From: a bacterium
Lineage (GTDB): Bacteria > Acidobacteriota > Aminicenantia > Aminicenantales > Aminicenantaceae
Reading direction: 5' to 3'
Length of the DNA: 64,000 bases
NCBI GenBank assembly: GCA_018335295.1
Contig: JAGXKI010000002.1
Span: forward strand, 2,643 to 66,642
The notes under the pieces were generated by a model that saw only the letters and a list, made by a program, of their open reading frames with translations, made no database searches and was not told the origin of the DNA. A program made the position numbers and the translations under genes. Positions 17,998 to 29,078 of this stretch are shown here, one piece after another (positions within the stretch are counted from its first letter, which is position 1; every line of letters begins with the position of its first letter).

Positions 17998-20640
17998 TTA
18001 AGAAAGCATCTGTTCCAGGATATTATAACTTTTTTGAAGACTCTGATTCAACTTTTCGGGTTTGGATCCTCCCGCTTGAGCGAAATCGGGCCGTCCTCCT
18101 CCCCCACCTTCGACAATAGGGGCGATCTTTTTTATAAATTCATTAGCTTTGATTCGGTCCAGCAAATCTTTAGTGACAGTGGTCACTAAAAATACTTTCT
18201 GATCACGCGCTGTTCCTAAAACAACAATTCCTGAGCCCAATTTCTGCTTTAAAGAATCTGCCAGCTCTCTGAGTTCATTATTGCTCAAACCCTTAACTTC
18301 CTGAACCATCACAGGAACTCCCTTAATTTTTTTGACCTCATCTTCACTTTTCTGGTAACGAGCATGAGCGAGCTTTTGCCTCAAAGATTTGTTTTCTTTC
18401 TCTTTAGACTTTAAAGAGTCTTTTAATTTATCCACCTGGTTTAGGATTTCCTCTCGAGGAGAATTCAATCTTTTCTGGAGGGAATTCAGGAGCCCTTCGA
18501 TTTCTTGGGTGTATTTCACAGCTTCCTCTCCAGTCACCGCTTCAAGCCGCCTCATACCGGCAGCTATGCTGGTCTCAGATATGATTTTGAAAAGGCCTAT
18601 TTCTCCGGTGCTTTGGACATGAACCCCTCCGCAAAGCTCTTTACTGAAATCCCCGATTGTAATCATCCTTACCTTTTCCCCGTACTTTTCCTCAAAAATC
18701 GCCACCGCCCCTTCTTTAATCCCCTCCTCCAGAGTAGTCACTTTGGTTTGAACGGGAAGGTCTTCTCTTATCTTTGTGTTGATGAGGTCCTCTATTTCTC
18801 TTATTTCCGAGTCATCTAGAGGAGAATAATGAGTGAAATCAAACCGAAGCCTGTCAGGAGAAACCAAGGACCCGGATTGTTTCACATGATCTCCCAGATA
18901 ATATCTCAAAGATGCATGGAGAAGATGGGTGGCTGTATGATTCTGGCTGATGGCTTTTCTCCTCTGCCTATCCACAGAAGCCTCTACAATATCGCCCACC
19001 GAAATTTTACCTCCAACCCCTTTGACCTGATGGGCCATAACCCCCGGAACCGGAGAATATGTGTTTTCAACTATTCCTGAAAAATGAGGGTTCTTTAATA
19101 CCCCTGAATCTCCGATTTGTCCCCCGGCTTCTGCATAGAAAGGAGTTTTATCAAGAAAAATTTCACCTGAGGCTCCTTTTTTGAGCTCCTGAACCTGCTG
19201 TCCATTCTTCATGATAGAAATCACTTTGGCTTCGGGAACCCTCTCTGTCTCATAACCCACATATTCCATAGAGTATTCTTTGAGCGGCTTGTAAATTTCC
19301 TTTTCTTTTTTTTGGGCCTCCCCTTTCCAGGAACGTCGGGCCTTCTCTCGTTGTTTTTCCAGCTCTCTGTAAAATCCTTTCTGGTCCACATTCATTCCTC
19401 TCTCCGCAGCCAATTCCTGGGAGAGGTCCACAGGAAAACCGAATGTATCGTAGAGTTTAAACAGCTTGTCGCCGGGAAGAGTCTTTCGGTTTTTCTTTTT
19501 GACCTCTTCGATGTACTGATTGAACACCCGCATACCGGAATGAAGAGTTTGAGCAAACCGTTTTTCTTCAGATAGACAAACATTGGAGATGTAATTCGCT
19601 GAAGAAATAAGCTCAGGGTAGGTATCTTTCATGATATCACTCACTAAACTGACCATTCGGTAGAGAAAAGGTTCTTCGATTCCCAGCCATTTTCCTTTCC
19701 TGAAAGCCCGGCGGATTAACCGCCTCAGTATATAACCCCGACCTTCATTGGAAGGAGTAACCCCATCCCCAATCAAAAAAGCCACCGCTCTTATGTGGTC
19801 CGAGATTATCCGGACTGATATATCACTTTGGTCATGAGAAGGGTATTCTTTGGAACATATCTCGCATACTCCTTCGATTAAGGGGGCGAACAAATCTGTC
19901 TCATAGTTAGTTTTCTTACCCTGAAGAACTGTGGCCATCCGTTCCAATCCCATGCCGGTGTCGATAGAGGGGGAAGGAAGGGGGTGAATGTTTCCCTGCT
20001 CATCTTGATAATACTGCATAAAGACCAAATTCCATAATTCTAAAAATCGGTCACTCCCTGATTCTATCAAAGATTGGGGATCCCCCTTCTCCAAGGAGGG
20101 ATCCAGGTCATAATGAATTTCCGAACAGGGACCGCAGGGACCAGTATCTCCCATAGCCCAATAATTGTGTTCCTTTCCCATACCATAAATCTTGTCCGGA
20201 GGGACCCCCACATCCTTTTTCCATAGAGAGAAGGCTTCTTCGTCTTCCTCATAAACAGTGATGTAGAGTCTATCTTTTTCTAAATTGAAAATCTTTGTCA
20301 TGAGTTCCCAGGAATACTGGATGGCTTCTTTTTTGAAATAATCTCCGAATGAAAAATTCCCCAGCATTTCAAAGAAAGTGTGATGCTTGTTGGTCTTTCC
20401 CACCTGTTCTAAATCATTATGTTTTCCACTGGCACGCATGCATTTTTGAACGGATGCAGCTCTGGAATAACTTCGATCTTCCAGCCCCAAAAACACGTTT
20501 TTGAATTGATTCATCCCCGCATTGGTAAACAAGAGGGTGGGGTCATCTTTGGGAATTAAAGAAGCACTGCTTACAATCTTATGGTCTTTCTGAGCAAAAA
20601 AGTCCAGGAAAGTTTCTCTTATTTTTTGGGATTTCCTCAT
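17998..20640 (-). CDS. alaS: Alanine--tRNA ligase
   Basis: TLLFTNAGMNQFK, HHTFFEMLGNFSFGDYFK, HTATHLLH, ELCGGVH, GGGGRPDFAQAGG. Confidence 0.99.
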   Translation of the reverse strand: MRKSQKIRETFLDFFAQKDHKIVSSASLIPKDDPTLLFTNAGMNQFKNVFLGLEDRSYSRAASVQKCMRASGKHNDLEQVGKTNKHHTFFEMLGNFSFGDYFKKEAIQYSWELMTKIFNLEKDRLYITVYEEDEEAFSLWKKDVGVPPDKIYGMGKEHNYWAMGDTGPCGPCSEIHYDLDPSLEKGDPQSLIESGSDRFLELWNLVFMQYYQDEQGNIHPLPSPSIDTGMGLERMATVLQGKKTNYETDLFAPLIEGVCEICSKEYPSHDQSDISVRIISDHIRAVAFLIGDGVTPSNEGRGYILRRLIRRAFRKGKWLGIEEPFLYRMVSLVSDIMKDTYPELISSANYISNVCLSEEKRFAQTLHSGMRVFNQYIEEVKKKNRKTLPGDKLFKLYDTFGFPVDLSQELAAERGMNVDQKGFYRELEKQREKARRSWKGEAQKKEKEIYKPLKEYSMEYVGYETERVPEAKVISIMKNGQQVQELKKGASGEIFLDKTPFYAEAGGQIGDSGVLKNPHFSGIVENTYSPVPGVMAHQVKGVGGKISVGDIVEASVDRQRRKAISQNHTATHLLHASLRYYLGDHVKQSGSLVSPDRLRFDFTHYSPLDDSEIREIEDLINTKIREDLPVQTKVTTLEEGIKEGAVAIFEEKYGEKVRMITIGDFSKELCGGVHVQSTGEIGLFKIISETSIAAGMRRLEAVTGEEAVKYTQEIEGLLNSLQKRLNSPREEILNQVDKLKDSLKSKEKENKSLRQKLAHARYQKSEDEVKKIKGVPVMVQEVKGLSNNELRELADSLKQKLGSGIVVLGTARDQKVFLVTTVTKDLLDRIKANEFIKKIAPIVEGGGGGRPDFAQAGGSKPEKLNQSLQKSYNILEQMLS

Positions 20641-20642
20641 TC

Positions 20643-21806
20643 TTAACTTTCTTCTTCCTCCTCACTCTCCTTCTCTTCATTTCTTTGTATATTGGGCATT
20701 GATTTTTCCATATCTTCAAGAGCCACATCCACAGTTGACTGAATCCCCATCACCTTCAGTTTGAAATTATCGGGACTGGAGGAATACCTCAGCCCTTGTT
20801 CATAAGAAATGTAACCTGATTTGTAGAGATAATAAATGGACTGGTCAAAGGTCTGCATGCTGTACTGAGATACTCCTGAAGCAATCGCATCTCTGATGAG
20901 AGCCGTGCGTTCTCGGTCATTAATGCATTCCTGGATGTAAGGGGTGCTGATCATCACTTCAACAGCGGGCACCCTTCTCTTCTCATCTTTGGTGGAGATC
21001 AACCGCATGGATATAACCGATTTAATGATGCTGGCCACTTGAAGCCGGATGCGTCTTTGATGATGGGGAGGAAAAACCGAAACCAATCGGTTGATGGTTT
21101 CAGGGGCATCTATGGTATGAAGTGTGCTGAACACCAAATGACCTGTTTCCGCAGCCAGAAGGGCGGTCTCAATGGTATCTTTATCTCTCATCTCTCCCAC
21201 CAATATGACATCGGGGTCTTCACGAAGGGAAGCCCGCAGCCCTCGGGCAAAACCGGTGACATCCACACCTACTTCTCTTTGACTGATGGAACTTTTTTTA
21301 TCCCGATGAAGGTATTCAATGGGATCTTCAATGGTGATGATGTTCTCTTTCCGATGAGTGTTGATATGATCCACCATAGAGGCCAAAGTGGTGGTTTTTC
21401 CGGATCCAGTGGTACCGGTAACCAGGACCAAACCTCTGGGTTCCAGCGAAATCTTTTCCAATACCTCTGGAAGCTGAAGCTCCTTGATCTTTTGAACTTC
21501 CAGAGGAATGATTCGCAGTACAATACCCAGACTCCCCCGCTGATGGTAAATACTTCCCCGAAACCTTCCGAATCCCGGCAAACTGTAAGCCAAATCCAGG
21601 TCCAGTTCTCTATCCAGCTGTTCTCTTTGATGTTGAGTGGTGATCTGCTCGGCCAATTCCTTGGTCATAGTGGGGGTCAATTTGGGGTAATTGGTTAAAG
21701 ACCTTAAATGTCCGTGCACTCTGAGTATAGGGAAATTTCCAGCCTTTAAGTGAAGGTCTGAAGCGTTGTTTTCGATGGCTATTTCTAAAAGTTCATCTAT
21801 TTTCAT
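20643..21806 (-). CDS. pilT: Type IV pilus retraction ATPase PilT/PilU
   Basis: ASDLH, GTTGSGKTT, TIEDPIEY, LREDPDVILVGEMRD, AETGHLVFSTLHT, MQTFDQ. Confidence 0.92.
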   Translation of the reverse strand: MKIDELLEIAIENNASDLHLKAGNFPILRVHGHLRSLTNYPKLTPTMTKELAEQITTQHQREQLDRELDLDLAYSLPGFGRFRGSIYHQRGSLGIVLRIIPLEVQKIKELQLPEVLEKISLEPRGLVLVTGTTGSGKTTTLASMVDHINTHRKENIITIEDPIEYLHRDKKSSISQREVGVDVTGFARGLRASLREDPDVILVGEMRDKDTIETALLAAETGHLVFSTLHTIDAPETINRLVSVFPPHHQRRIRLQVASIIKSVISMRLISTKDEKRRVPAVEVMISTPYIQECINDRERTALIRDAIASGVSQYSMQTFDQSIYYLYKSGYISYEQGLRYSSSPDNFKLKVMGIQSTVDVALEDMEKSMPNIQRNEEKESEEEEES

Positions 21807-21840
21807 GATTTCCCCCCTTTTTATTTATTCATTCCATATA

Positions 21841-22764
21841 CTAAAAATAGGTAAGCCATTTATGCTTATCTTCTTTTTTCCCCTGAAGAAGGTCGAAAAA
21901 TTCATCCTGAAACTGTTTGGCCACAGGCCCTCTTTTTCCCTTTCCTATGGAAATCTTGTCTACCGAACGAATCGGAGTGATCTCTGCAGCGGAACCTGTA
22001 AAAAAGACTTCATCCGCAATGTAGAGCATTTCTCTAGGAATCGGTTCTTCCCTTATGGGAATTCCCAGGTCCTCAGCCAGTTGAATTATGGTATCTCGGG
22101 TAATCCCTGGCAGTATCGAAGATGATAACGGCGGAGTGTAAATTTCCCCATTCAGGACCACAAAAATGTTTTCTCCACTTCCTTCACTGACATGACCTCT
22201 TTCGTTAAGAGCAATCCCTTCCATGTATCCTTCCAACACGGCTTCCATTTTTATCAACTGAGAATTCATATAATTGGCTCCTGATTTGGCAAGGGCTGGG
22301 AAAGTATTGGGAGCCATTCTCTGCCAGGTGCTGATTTTGACATCTACACCATTTTTCAAAGCATCTTCACCCAAGTATTTTCCCCACTCCCAAACAAGTA
22401 TAGCACAGTCCACAGGATTTGAAAAAGGATCTACTCCGAGAGTATTATACCCTCTATACACCACCGGACGAATGTAGCAGGATTGAAGATTATTGGCTTT
22501 TATCGTATCCAATATCGCCTGAATGAATTCTTCTTTTTTATAAGGAATTTCCATCCGATAAATCTTGGAGGAATTGTATAACCGGTTGACATGGTCTTCT
22601 AAACGAAAAATAACTCCTCCTTTGGAGGTTTTGTAAGCTCGAAAACCCTCAAAAATTGAGCTTCCATAATGGATAACATGAGAAGCAATGTGAATATTGG
22701 CTTCCTTCCAGTGAACCAAACTTCCGTTCATCCATACTTTGCCGTCTTCATTGAAAGGACTCAT
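21841..22764 (-). CDS. ilvE: Branched-chain amino acid aminotransferase
   Basis: [46 protein letters not shown]. Confidence 0.97.
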   Translation of the reverse strand: MSPFNEDGKVWMNGSLVHWKEANIHIASHVIHYGSSIFEGFRAYKTSKGGVIFRLEDHVNRLYNSSKIYRMEIPYKKEEFIQAILDTIKANNLQSCYIRPVVYRGYNTLGVDPFSNPVDCAILVWEWGKYLGEDALKNGVDVKISTWQRMAPNTFPALAKSGANYMNSQLIKMEAVLEGYMEGIALNERGHVSEGSGENIFVVLNGEIYTPPLSSSILPGITRDTIIQLAEDLGIPIREEPIPREMLYIADEVFFTGSAAEITPIRSVDKISIGKGKRGPVAKQFQDEFFDLLQGKKEDKHKWLTYF

Positions 22765-22882
22765 CTAACTCTCCTTTTTAAACTTCGTAGGTTATTATTT
22801 CTTATGTACATAAAGGATTTCCATCATATAGAAAACAAATAGGTAAGTCAACTTGGATAAAATTTATAAAGTCCCCGTTGAC

Positions 22883-23821
22883 TCAGACTTTTTCTCCACA
22901 GTAAGGACAAATCTGGGCTTTATAAGGCAGGGGGCGCCTGCAGTTCCAGCATAAATCGGATCTCATCCTTTCCCTTGCTTTTATTCTTCCAAATATATCT
23001 TGGATTTCTGATTTTTTGGTATCCTTCCCTTTGAAATCGGAAATGTTTTTAACTATCTCCGAGGCTCTCTGGTACCTGTCTTCAACATTAGAGGAAAGGG
23101 ATTTCATGATGATTTGACTTATCTCTTTAGGAATACGATCGTTTTTGAGCCGAGGGGGAGTGATCTGGCCTTTTTTGGCTTTTTCCAGTATTTTGAAAGG
23201 GTCAGGGTCAAAAATAGGAGGCCTTCCCACAATCATTTCATAGAAGATACATCCGAGGGAATAAATATCTGATCTGAAAGTGGCTTTACCTAAAAACTGT
23301 TCTGGAGCCATATAGGGAGGAGAGCCGATCCGGGTAGAGGCGTAAGGGACATTCTCTAACCAGGCTGAAGTTCCAAAATCTGTTATTTTGGGAATGTTTC
23401 TATCCGAAATGATGATATTGGAAGGCCTTAAATCTCTATGGATAATTTTATTGTTATGAGCGTGCTCCACTCCGTTGGCTACCTGCAAGATATACTCTGT
23501 AGCTTCTTTCCAGTCCAGTATTTTTTTCTTTTCGAGTATTTTTTCCAGGGTCTTTCCTTCCACATACTCCATAACCATAAAAAAGGTCTTGTTTTTCTTC
23601 TCGGCTGAAATCATACGAACGATGTTGGGATGGTTGAGGGCGGCTTGAAGTCGGGGTTCTTTCAACAGTTTATATATTTCTGTGGACTGTTTATGGGGAA
23701 CTTTTATTGCAACCCGGATGTTGAGCCACATATCTTTGGCTAAAAAGACAGCACCAAACCCTCCACTTCCCAAGGACTGGATGATCTTATATTTCCCGAC
23801 TTTCTGACCTTGGAGGAACAT
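22883..23821 (-). CDS. Cytoplasmic Hanks-type Ser/Thr kinase with C-terminal zinc ribbon
   Basis: LGSGGFG, VAIK, HRDLRPSN, TDFG, YMAPE; ends CWNC-x10-CPYC; no TM segment. Confidence 0.92.
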   Translation of the reverse strand: MFLQGQKVGKYKIIQSLGSGGFGAVFLAKDMWLNIRVAIKVPHKQSTEIYKLLKEPRLQAALNHPNIVRMISAEKKNKTFFMVMEYVEGKTLEKILEKKKILDWKEATEYILQVANGVEHAHNNKIIHRDLRPSNIIISDRNIPKITDFGTSAWLENVPYASTRIGSPPYMAPEQFLGKATFRSDIYSLGCIFYEMIVGRPPIFDPDPFKILEKAKKGQITPPRLKNDRIPKEISQIIMKSLSSNVEDRYQRASEIVKNISDFKGKDTKKSEIQDIFGRIKARERMRSDLCWNCRRPLPYKAQICPYCGEKV

Positions 23822-23822
23822 T

Positions 23823-24566
23823 TTAATGATTCCAAAAATGAGCCATCATGGCGGCTGCACAAATCGAAGCGGTTTCTGTTCTCAGAATCTGACTCCCTAA
23901 ACTTACGCGTTCAAATCCATGCTCTAATATATCTATCTCTTCTTTTTCTGTCCAGCCTCCTTCGGGTCCCACAAGAATCAGAGCGGTAGAAAACAAACCA
24001 CCTCCAGAAACTTGAGGGTCATCTAAAAGAATCTCCTTTAATTTTTTCCCTCCCCTTTCACTCAGGAAGAGTTTTTTTTCCTCTTTTCTCTGAATCACCC
24101 GGGATAACTCTTGAGGAGGAGAAACAGAAGGAAGGTAGGAAGCCCCACTTTGTTTGGCAGCTTCCCGAATGATTCTTTTCCATCGACTGATCTTAGTATT
24201 AATTTTATCTTCAACTTTCACCAGTGAACGGGATGTGATCACAGGAATAAAATGAGAGAGACCTAATTCGGTGACTTTTTGAAGGATAAATTCCATATTT
24301 TTTGTTTTTATGAGTGCTTGAGACAGAGTGATTTTTACCCGAGGTGGATTCTCCTTTTCTTTTTTCAGAATACGCAGCCGTGTGCGTTCACCCAAAATTT
24401 CCTCGACTTCAGTTAAATAACCGGTCCCTTTTCCGTCAAAAAGCCATACCTTTTGTGGAGGTTTTATCCGAACGACATTGGTGAGATGATGATGCTCGTC
24501 TCCCTCCAGATAAATATAAGGAAATTGAATCTGTGTGGACTCAAAGAAGAAACGATTCGAAGTCAA
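23823..24566 (-). CDS. rsmE: 16S rRNA m3U1498 methyltransferase
   Basis: HHLTNVVR, QKVTELG, EAAKQS, VGPEGGW, LG.QILRTETA. Confidence 0.96.
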   Translation of the reverse strand: MTSNRFFFESTQIQFPYIYLEGDEHHHLTNVVRIKPPQKVWLFDGKGTGYLTEVEEILGERTRLRILKKEKENPPRVKITLSQALIKTKNMEFILQKVTELGLSHFIPVITSRSLVKVEDKINTKISRWKRIIREAAKQSGASYLPSVSPPQELSRVIQRKEEKKLFLSERGGKKLKEILLDDPQVSGGGLFSTALILVGPEGGWTEKEEIDILEHGFERVSLGSQILRTETASICAAAMMAHFWNH

Positions 24567-24574
24567 ACTTCTCT

Positions 24575-25702
24575 CTAATGCAAAATGTCTTTGACTTTAT
24601 TCAAAATATTTTTATCCTCTTCATCACTGCTCAATTCCTCAAACTGCCGGAGAATTTCTTTCTGCTTTTTGGTCAGATTCTTAGGAGTTTTTATGTTCAC
24701 CCGGACATAAAGATTCCCTTTGGTTTTTCTTTCAAGGTCTTTGACTCCCCGACCCTTGATTTTAAAAATTTCATCGGTTTGAGTCCCTGCTGGAATTTTG
24801 AGCTCCTGCTTATCTTCTAAGGTGGGAACTTCCACTGTCGTGCCTAAAGCAGCTTGGGGAAATGTTATGGATATTTGACAATGCAAATCACTTCCTTCTC
24901 TTTCGAAAAATTTATGTTTCTTCAACCGGATCAAAATGTAAAGGTCTCCACTGGGAGCTCCTTTTTCTCCAGCTTCCCCTTCTCCGGCCATCCGAAGCTT
25001 ATGTCCTTCATCCACACCCGCAGGAATTTTGACGCTCAATGTTCTTTTTCGGCTGACTTTCCCGGTTCCGTGACACTTCTTACACGGAGAATCGATGATT
25101 TCTCCAGTTCCCTTACATCGATGGCATGTTTGGGCAATGGTGAAAAAACCCCGACGGATATGAATCTGACCTCTTCCGTCACAGTAATGACATGTGGATT
25201 TTCCCGTTCCGGGCTGCATTTTCGACCCACTGCATTGAGGACACATCTCTTTTCGGTTCAACTTGATCTCTTTTTCGGTTCCAAAAGCAGCCTCTTCCAG
25301 AGTCACCTCCAGCTCTAAGGCCAGATCTCTTCCTCTTCTGGGATAAGCCCTCCTCTGTCGCTGCCGCGATCCAAAAAAATCTCCAAATCCAAAGTTGAAA
25401 AATCTTCCCAGAATATCTTCGAAATCTTCAAACGCCGAGGAATCAAACCCTGAGAATCCGCTGTATCCTTCTCCTTTCAGTCCTTCTTCTCCGAATCGAT
25501 CATAAACAGACCTTTTTTCTGAATCAATCAATACACTATAAGCTTCAGAGGCCTTTTTAAACTTTTCCTCTGCGTCCTTATCCCCAGGATTCCTGTCAGG
25601 ATGATATTGAAGAGCTTTTTGTCTGTAGGCCTTCTTGATGTCTTCTGGAGATGCATTCTGAGATACACCAAGAATTTCATAATAATTTTCATTATTCCTC
25701 AT
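24575..25702 (-). CDS. dnaJ: Chaperone DnaJ (copy 1)
   Basis: J domain with HPD, G/F region, four CxxCxGxG-type motifs, C-terminal domain. Confidence 0.96.
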   Translation of the reverse strand: MRNNENYYEILGVSQNASPEDIKKAYRQKALQYHPDRNPGDKDAEEKFKKASEAYSVLIDSEKRSVYDRFGEEGLKGEGYSGFSGFDSSAFEDFEDILGRFFNFGFGDFFGSRQRQRRAYPRRGRDLALELEVTLEEAAFGTEKEIKLNRKEMCPQCSGSKMQPGTGKSTCHYCDGRGQIHIRRGFFTIAQTCHRCKGTGEIIDSPCKKCHGTGKVSRKRTLSVKIPAGVDEGHKLRMAGEGEAGEKGAPSGDLYILIRLKKHKFFEREGSDLHCQISITFPQAALGTTVEVPTLEDKQELKIPAGTQTDEIFKIKGRGVKDLERKTKGNLYVRVNIKTPKNLTKKQKEILRQFEELSSDEEDKNILNKVKDILH

Positions 25703-27281
25703 ATTCACTAACCCTCGCATTTTGAGCTTGTTCTCGTTTTATGATTTTGTTTATTTCCTTTTGTTTTAAACCAGAAGAAGGGTTGACTTTCACTCCCTGC
25801 TTTCTTTGAGTGGCTGAATCCACCGCTGAAACCCGGACAATTCCGTCTCCATCAATCTCAAAGTGGACATCAATCTGGGGAACCCCAGCGGGAGCGGATT
25901 CGATTCCCACCAAATCAAAAACAGCTAAGGAGGTATTCAGTGAAGCTTTGGGATTTTCTCCCTGAAGAACATGAATCCTTACCCGTCTTTGATTGTTTTC
26001 CACGGTAGTGAAAGACGTCGTTATTTTTGTGGGAATGGTGGTGTTTTTGGGAATAATCGGGCTAAAGGTATCATTTTCAGTTTCGATACCCAAAGAAAGA
26101 GGAGTCACATCCAGAAGGAGTATCAAATCTTTCATCTCTCCTTCTAAAATTCCCGACTGAATAGCCGCTCCTACCGCCACCACTTCATCTGGATTCAAAT
26201 TCTCAACAGAATCTTTCTTAAAATAATCAGAGGTCATTTTTTTGATCAAAGGCATCCGTCCTTGACCCCCGACCAAAAGAACCTCATCGATATTTTCTGG
26301 ATTTAAGCCACATTCCGAAAGGGCTTCTTCGATATAAGGGATCGTTTTCTGGACCAAATCTTTGGTCAATTCCTCAAAATCCCTTCGGGATAAAGTTTCC
26401 TTGAGATGTTTGGATTCGGATCCATAGGATGTGATAAAAGGAAGGTTGATTTCAGTCTCAAGGGTAAAAGAAAGTTCTTTCTTAGCCTTTTCTGCTGCTT
26501 CCTTTATCCTCTGAAGAGCGAACTTATCTTCAGAGATATCTACCTTCTGTTTTTTCTGAAAACGGTCTATAAGCCAATCAACAATGCGGGCATCAAAATC
26601 TTCTCCCCCTAAAAAGGTGTCTCCGTTAGTGGCTAAAACGTTGAAAACTCCTTCACTCACCTCCAGGATAGATATATCAAAGGTTCCTCCACCAATATCA
26701 TACACGGCTATGTTCCCGCTCTTTTTTTCATTGAGCCCGTATGCCAAACAGGCAGAAGTGGGCTCATTGATCACTCGAAGGACACGAAGACCTGCAATTT
26801 TGGCTGCATCCTTGGTGGCCTGTCTTTGGTGATCGTTGAAATGAGCGGGAACAGTAATGATGGTCTCTTCAACCTTTTCTCCAAAGTAGGATTCCGCACA
26901 TTTTTTTAAATACTTGATAATCATGGCGGATATCTCTTGAGGACTTATCAATTTAGAACTCAAATCGATCATCACATCCCCGTTGAGGGCTCCTGTTAAC
27001 CGGTAAGGGATTTTTTGGGAGATTTCCTGCACACTTTCTGAGTTAAACTTCTTTCCCATCAATCTTTTCACAGCAAACACCGTATTCTCGGGATTGGTTA
27101 TGGCCTGACGCAAAGCCAAGTTCCCTATCAATTCTTCACTAGAGCGGGTAAAACTGACTACCGAAGGGGTAGTGGACATTCCTTCAAGATTATGAATCAC
27201 CCTCCCTTCCTTTCCTTCCAAATAGGCCACACATGAATTGGTGGTGCCCAAGTCAATCCCGATCACATGTCCCATGCTCAA
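25692..27281 (-). CDS. dnaK: Short divergent Hsp70/DnaK paralogue (529 aa, lacks lid)
   Basis: [33 protein letters not shown]-beta; ends shortly after SGL. Confidence 0.88.
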   Translation of the reverse strand: MSMGHVIGIDLGTTNSCVAYLEGKEGRVIHNLEGMSTTPSVVSFTRSSEELIGNLALRQAITNPENTVFAVKRLMGKKFNSESVQEISQKIPYRLTGALNGDVMIDLSSKLISPQEISAMIIKYLKKCAESYFGEKVEETIITVPAHFNDHQRQATKDAAKIAGLRVLRVINEPTSACLAYGLNEKKSGNIAVYDIGGGTFDISILEVSEGVFNVLATNGDTFLGGEDFDARIVDWLIDRFQKKQKVDISEDKFALQRIKEAAEKAKKELSFTLETEINLPFITSYGSESKHLKETLSRRDFEELTKDLVQKTIPYIEEALSECGLNPENIDEVLLVGGQGRMPLIKKMTSDYFKKDSVENLNPDEVVAVGAAIQSGILEGEMKDLILLLDVTPLSLGIETENDTFSPIIPKNTTIPTKITTSFTTVENNQRRVRIHVLQGENPKASLNTSLAVFDLVGIESAPAGVPQIDVHFEIDGDGIVRVSAVDSATQRKQGVKVNPSSGLKQKEINKIIKREQAQNARVSEYEE

Positions 27282-27979
27282 TCCTCTTTTTCTTCTTTTT
27301 TCTCTTCTTCTTTATCCTTTTTTTTAGGGACAGCCACTTTCACCAGAGCAGGCCGAAGAAGCCTGTCATGAAGCATATACCCCTTTTGCATAACCTCGCT
27401 GACTTCCTTTCTATCCACTTTATCCGATTCTTCTGTGATTAAAGCTTGTTGAACCTTCGGGTCGAATTCTTTATCCTTAGTCTCCACAAGCCTAACCCCC
27501 TGCTTCTTCAACACATCCTTAAACTGCTTGTGAATCATCTCTATACCTTCTTTAAAATCTTTTTCGCTTCCTTTGGATTCTGTTTCTAAAGCTCTTTCAA
27601 AATTATCCAACACCACCAGCAAGTCTTTTATGAATTCACTCAAAGCGTACTGATAATAATCATTTTTTTCTCTTTCCATCCTCTTTCGTAAATTTTCTTT
27701 TTCAGCCAGTTGTCTCAGTTGTTCTTCCTTGGCTTCTTCGATTTCTTTTTTTAATTTATTGATTTCCTTTTCTTTTTTCTCCAGTTTGTTTTTCCCTTGA
27801 GGGACTTGTTTTTTCTTTTCTTCCCCTTCTTTTTGAGATTTTTTCGTTTTTCCTTGAGGAGAAAGGAATTCAATTTCCACTTCTCCTTTTGAGTTCTGGT
27901 CTTGGGGGGATTTTTTATTCTCTTCTTTCTTTTCTTGTTTCTTTTCTTGTTGTTTTTCTTCTTCATCTTTTTCACTCAT
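27278..27979 (-). CDS. grpE: Nucleotide exchange factor GrpE
   Basis: AEKENLRKR, LDNFERAL, FDP, QKGYMLHDRLLRPALV.V. Confidence 0.96.
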   Translation of the reverse strand: MSEKDEEEKQQEKKQEKKEENKKSPQDQNSKGEVEIEFLSPQGKTKKSQKEGEEKKKQVPQGKNKLEKKEKEINKLKKEIEEAKEEQLRQLAEKENLRKRMEREKNDYYQYALSEFIKDLLVVLDNFERALETESKGSEKDFKEGIEMIHKQFKDVLKKQGVRLVETKDKEFDPKVQQALITEESDKVDRKEVSEVMQKGYMLHDRLLRPALVKVAVPKKKDKEEEKKEEKED

Positions 27980-27988
27980 ATTTCCTCC

Positions 27989-29023
27989 TTAATGAAAAGA
28001 ACTGATGGTTTCACTCAACTTCTTGGCCACACAATCCACCAATGGAATAATGTTCTTGTAGGGAATCCTTTTAGGCCCGATGATGCCCAAAGAACCCAAG
28101 ATTTGACGCCTGTAGCCATAGTGAGAAAGAACAAGAGAACAATCAGAAATTTCAGGAAGATCCATCTCAGAACCGATTAAAACCTTAACTCTATCCAAGC
28201 TAATGAAATCGGAGAGAAATTTGGCTATCTTGGCTCTTTCTTCTACATTCTTGAATAGGGATTGGATTCTATCCATTTGGAAAAATTCTGTTTTTTCTAA
28301 TAGATTTGAGGTTCCCTCAAGAAAAATCCCTTTTTCTTTGTCTTCCTGGTTGAAATAGGATTTCAAAAATCCCATTAATTTCCGAATGAACTTCTCGAAC
28401 CTTTTCCTGGCCATTGGAACTTCTTTGTTGAGATAATCGCGGACAAAAACCAGGTTTCTCCCTCTAAAATTTTCATTGATGTAATAAGAAGCTCTATCCA
28501 GCTCATCCTGAGTGAAATAAGTAGCAGTCCGAACAATTTCGGTAAGAACAAGATTATAAGAAGTGATCAGAATGATGAGAACCTTTCCTTCGGAAATTTT
28601 AATCAATCGAATATGATAAAAATTTATTTTTGATATATCCGGAGACAAAACAAAACCAATGTTATTTGAATATTCAGATAAGGTTTTGGATACATAGAAA
28701 AGGAGTGAATTGAAATCACCCTTTTTCAAATAGGTTTTTTCTGAAGGAAAATTGACTTTTTCCTCTGGGACTACAGCTTCTTCGAAAATTTTGTTGACAT
28801 AAGACCTCAGGCCTTTATCTGTGGGCAATCTGCCTGCGGATGTATGCGGCTGATAAAGAAATCCATCCTTTTCCAATTTTAACATCATATTCCTTATCGT
28901 GGCTGAGGAGACTTCTAAATGGTAATGCTCTCTTATGTATCGGGAGCTTACAGGTTTTCCAGCTTTTATGTAACTCTCCACTGTATAATAAAGGACATAT
29001 TTATCTGTTTCCTTTGAACTCAT
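27989..29023 (-). CDS. hrcA: Heat-inducible transcription repressor HrcA
   Basis: PVSS, SSATIRN.M..LE..G.L.QPHTSAGRLPTDKG.R.YV; C-terminal LGIIGPKRI.Y. Confidence 0.96.
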   Translation of the reverse strand: MSSKETDKYVLYYTVESYIKAGKPVSSRYIREHYHLEVSSATIRNMMLKLEKDGFLYQPHTSAGRLPTDKGLRSYVNKIFEEAVVPEEKVNFPSEKTYLKKGDFNSLLFYVSKTLSEYSNNIGFVLSPDISKINFYHIRLIKISEGKVLIILITSYNLVLTEIVRTATYFTQDELDRASYYINENFRGRNLVFVRDYLNKEVPMARKRFEKFIRKLMGFLKSYFNQEDKEKGIFLEGTSNLLEKTEFFQMDRIQSLFKNVEERAKIAKFLSDFISLDRVKVLIGSEMDLPEISDCSLVLSHYGYRRQILGSLGIIGPKRIPYKNIIPLVDCVAKKLSETISSFH

Positions 29024-29051
29024 GATTTCATAGTCCTTTTTTTAAATTTTT

Positions 29052-29078
29052 ATAGCATTAAATCTTAAAAATTGTCAA
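29052..29078 (-). promoter_or_regulatory. Sigma70 promoter of the hrcA operon overlapping a degenerate CIRCE
   Basis: Minus strand TTGACA-18-TATAAA; TTGACAATT-N9-TAATGCTAT partly matches TTAGCACTC-N9-GAGTGCTAA. Confidence 0.5.

Noticed and set aside
18878-18893. TGTTTCACATGATCTC as canonical parS
   Set aside because: Five mismatches, only one half-site, inside alaS
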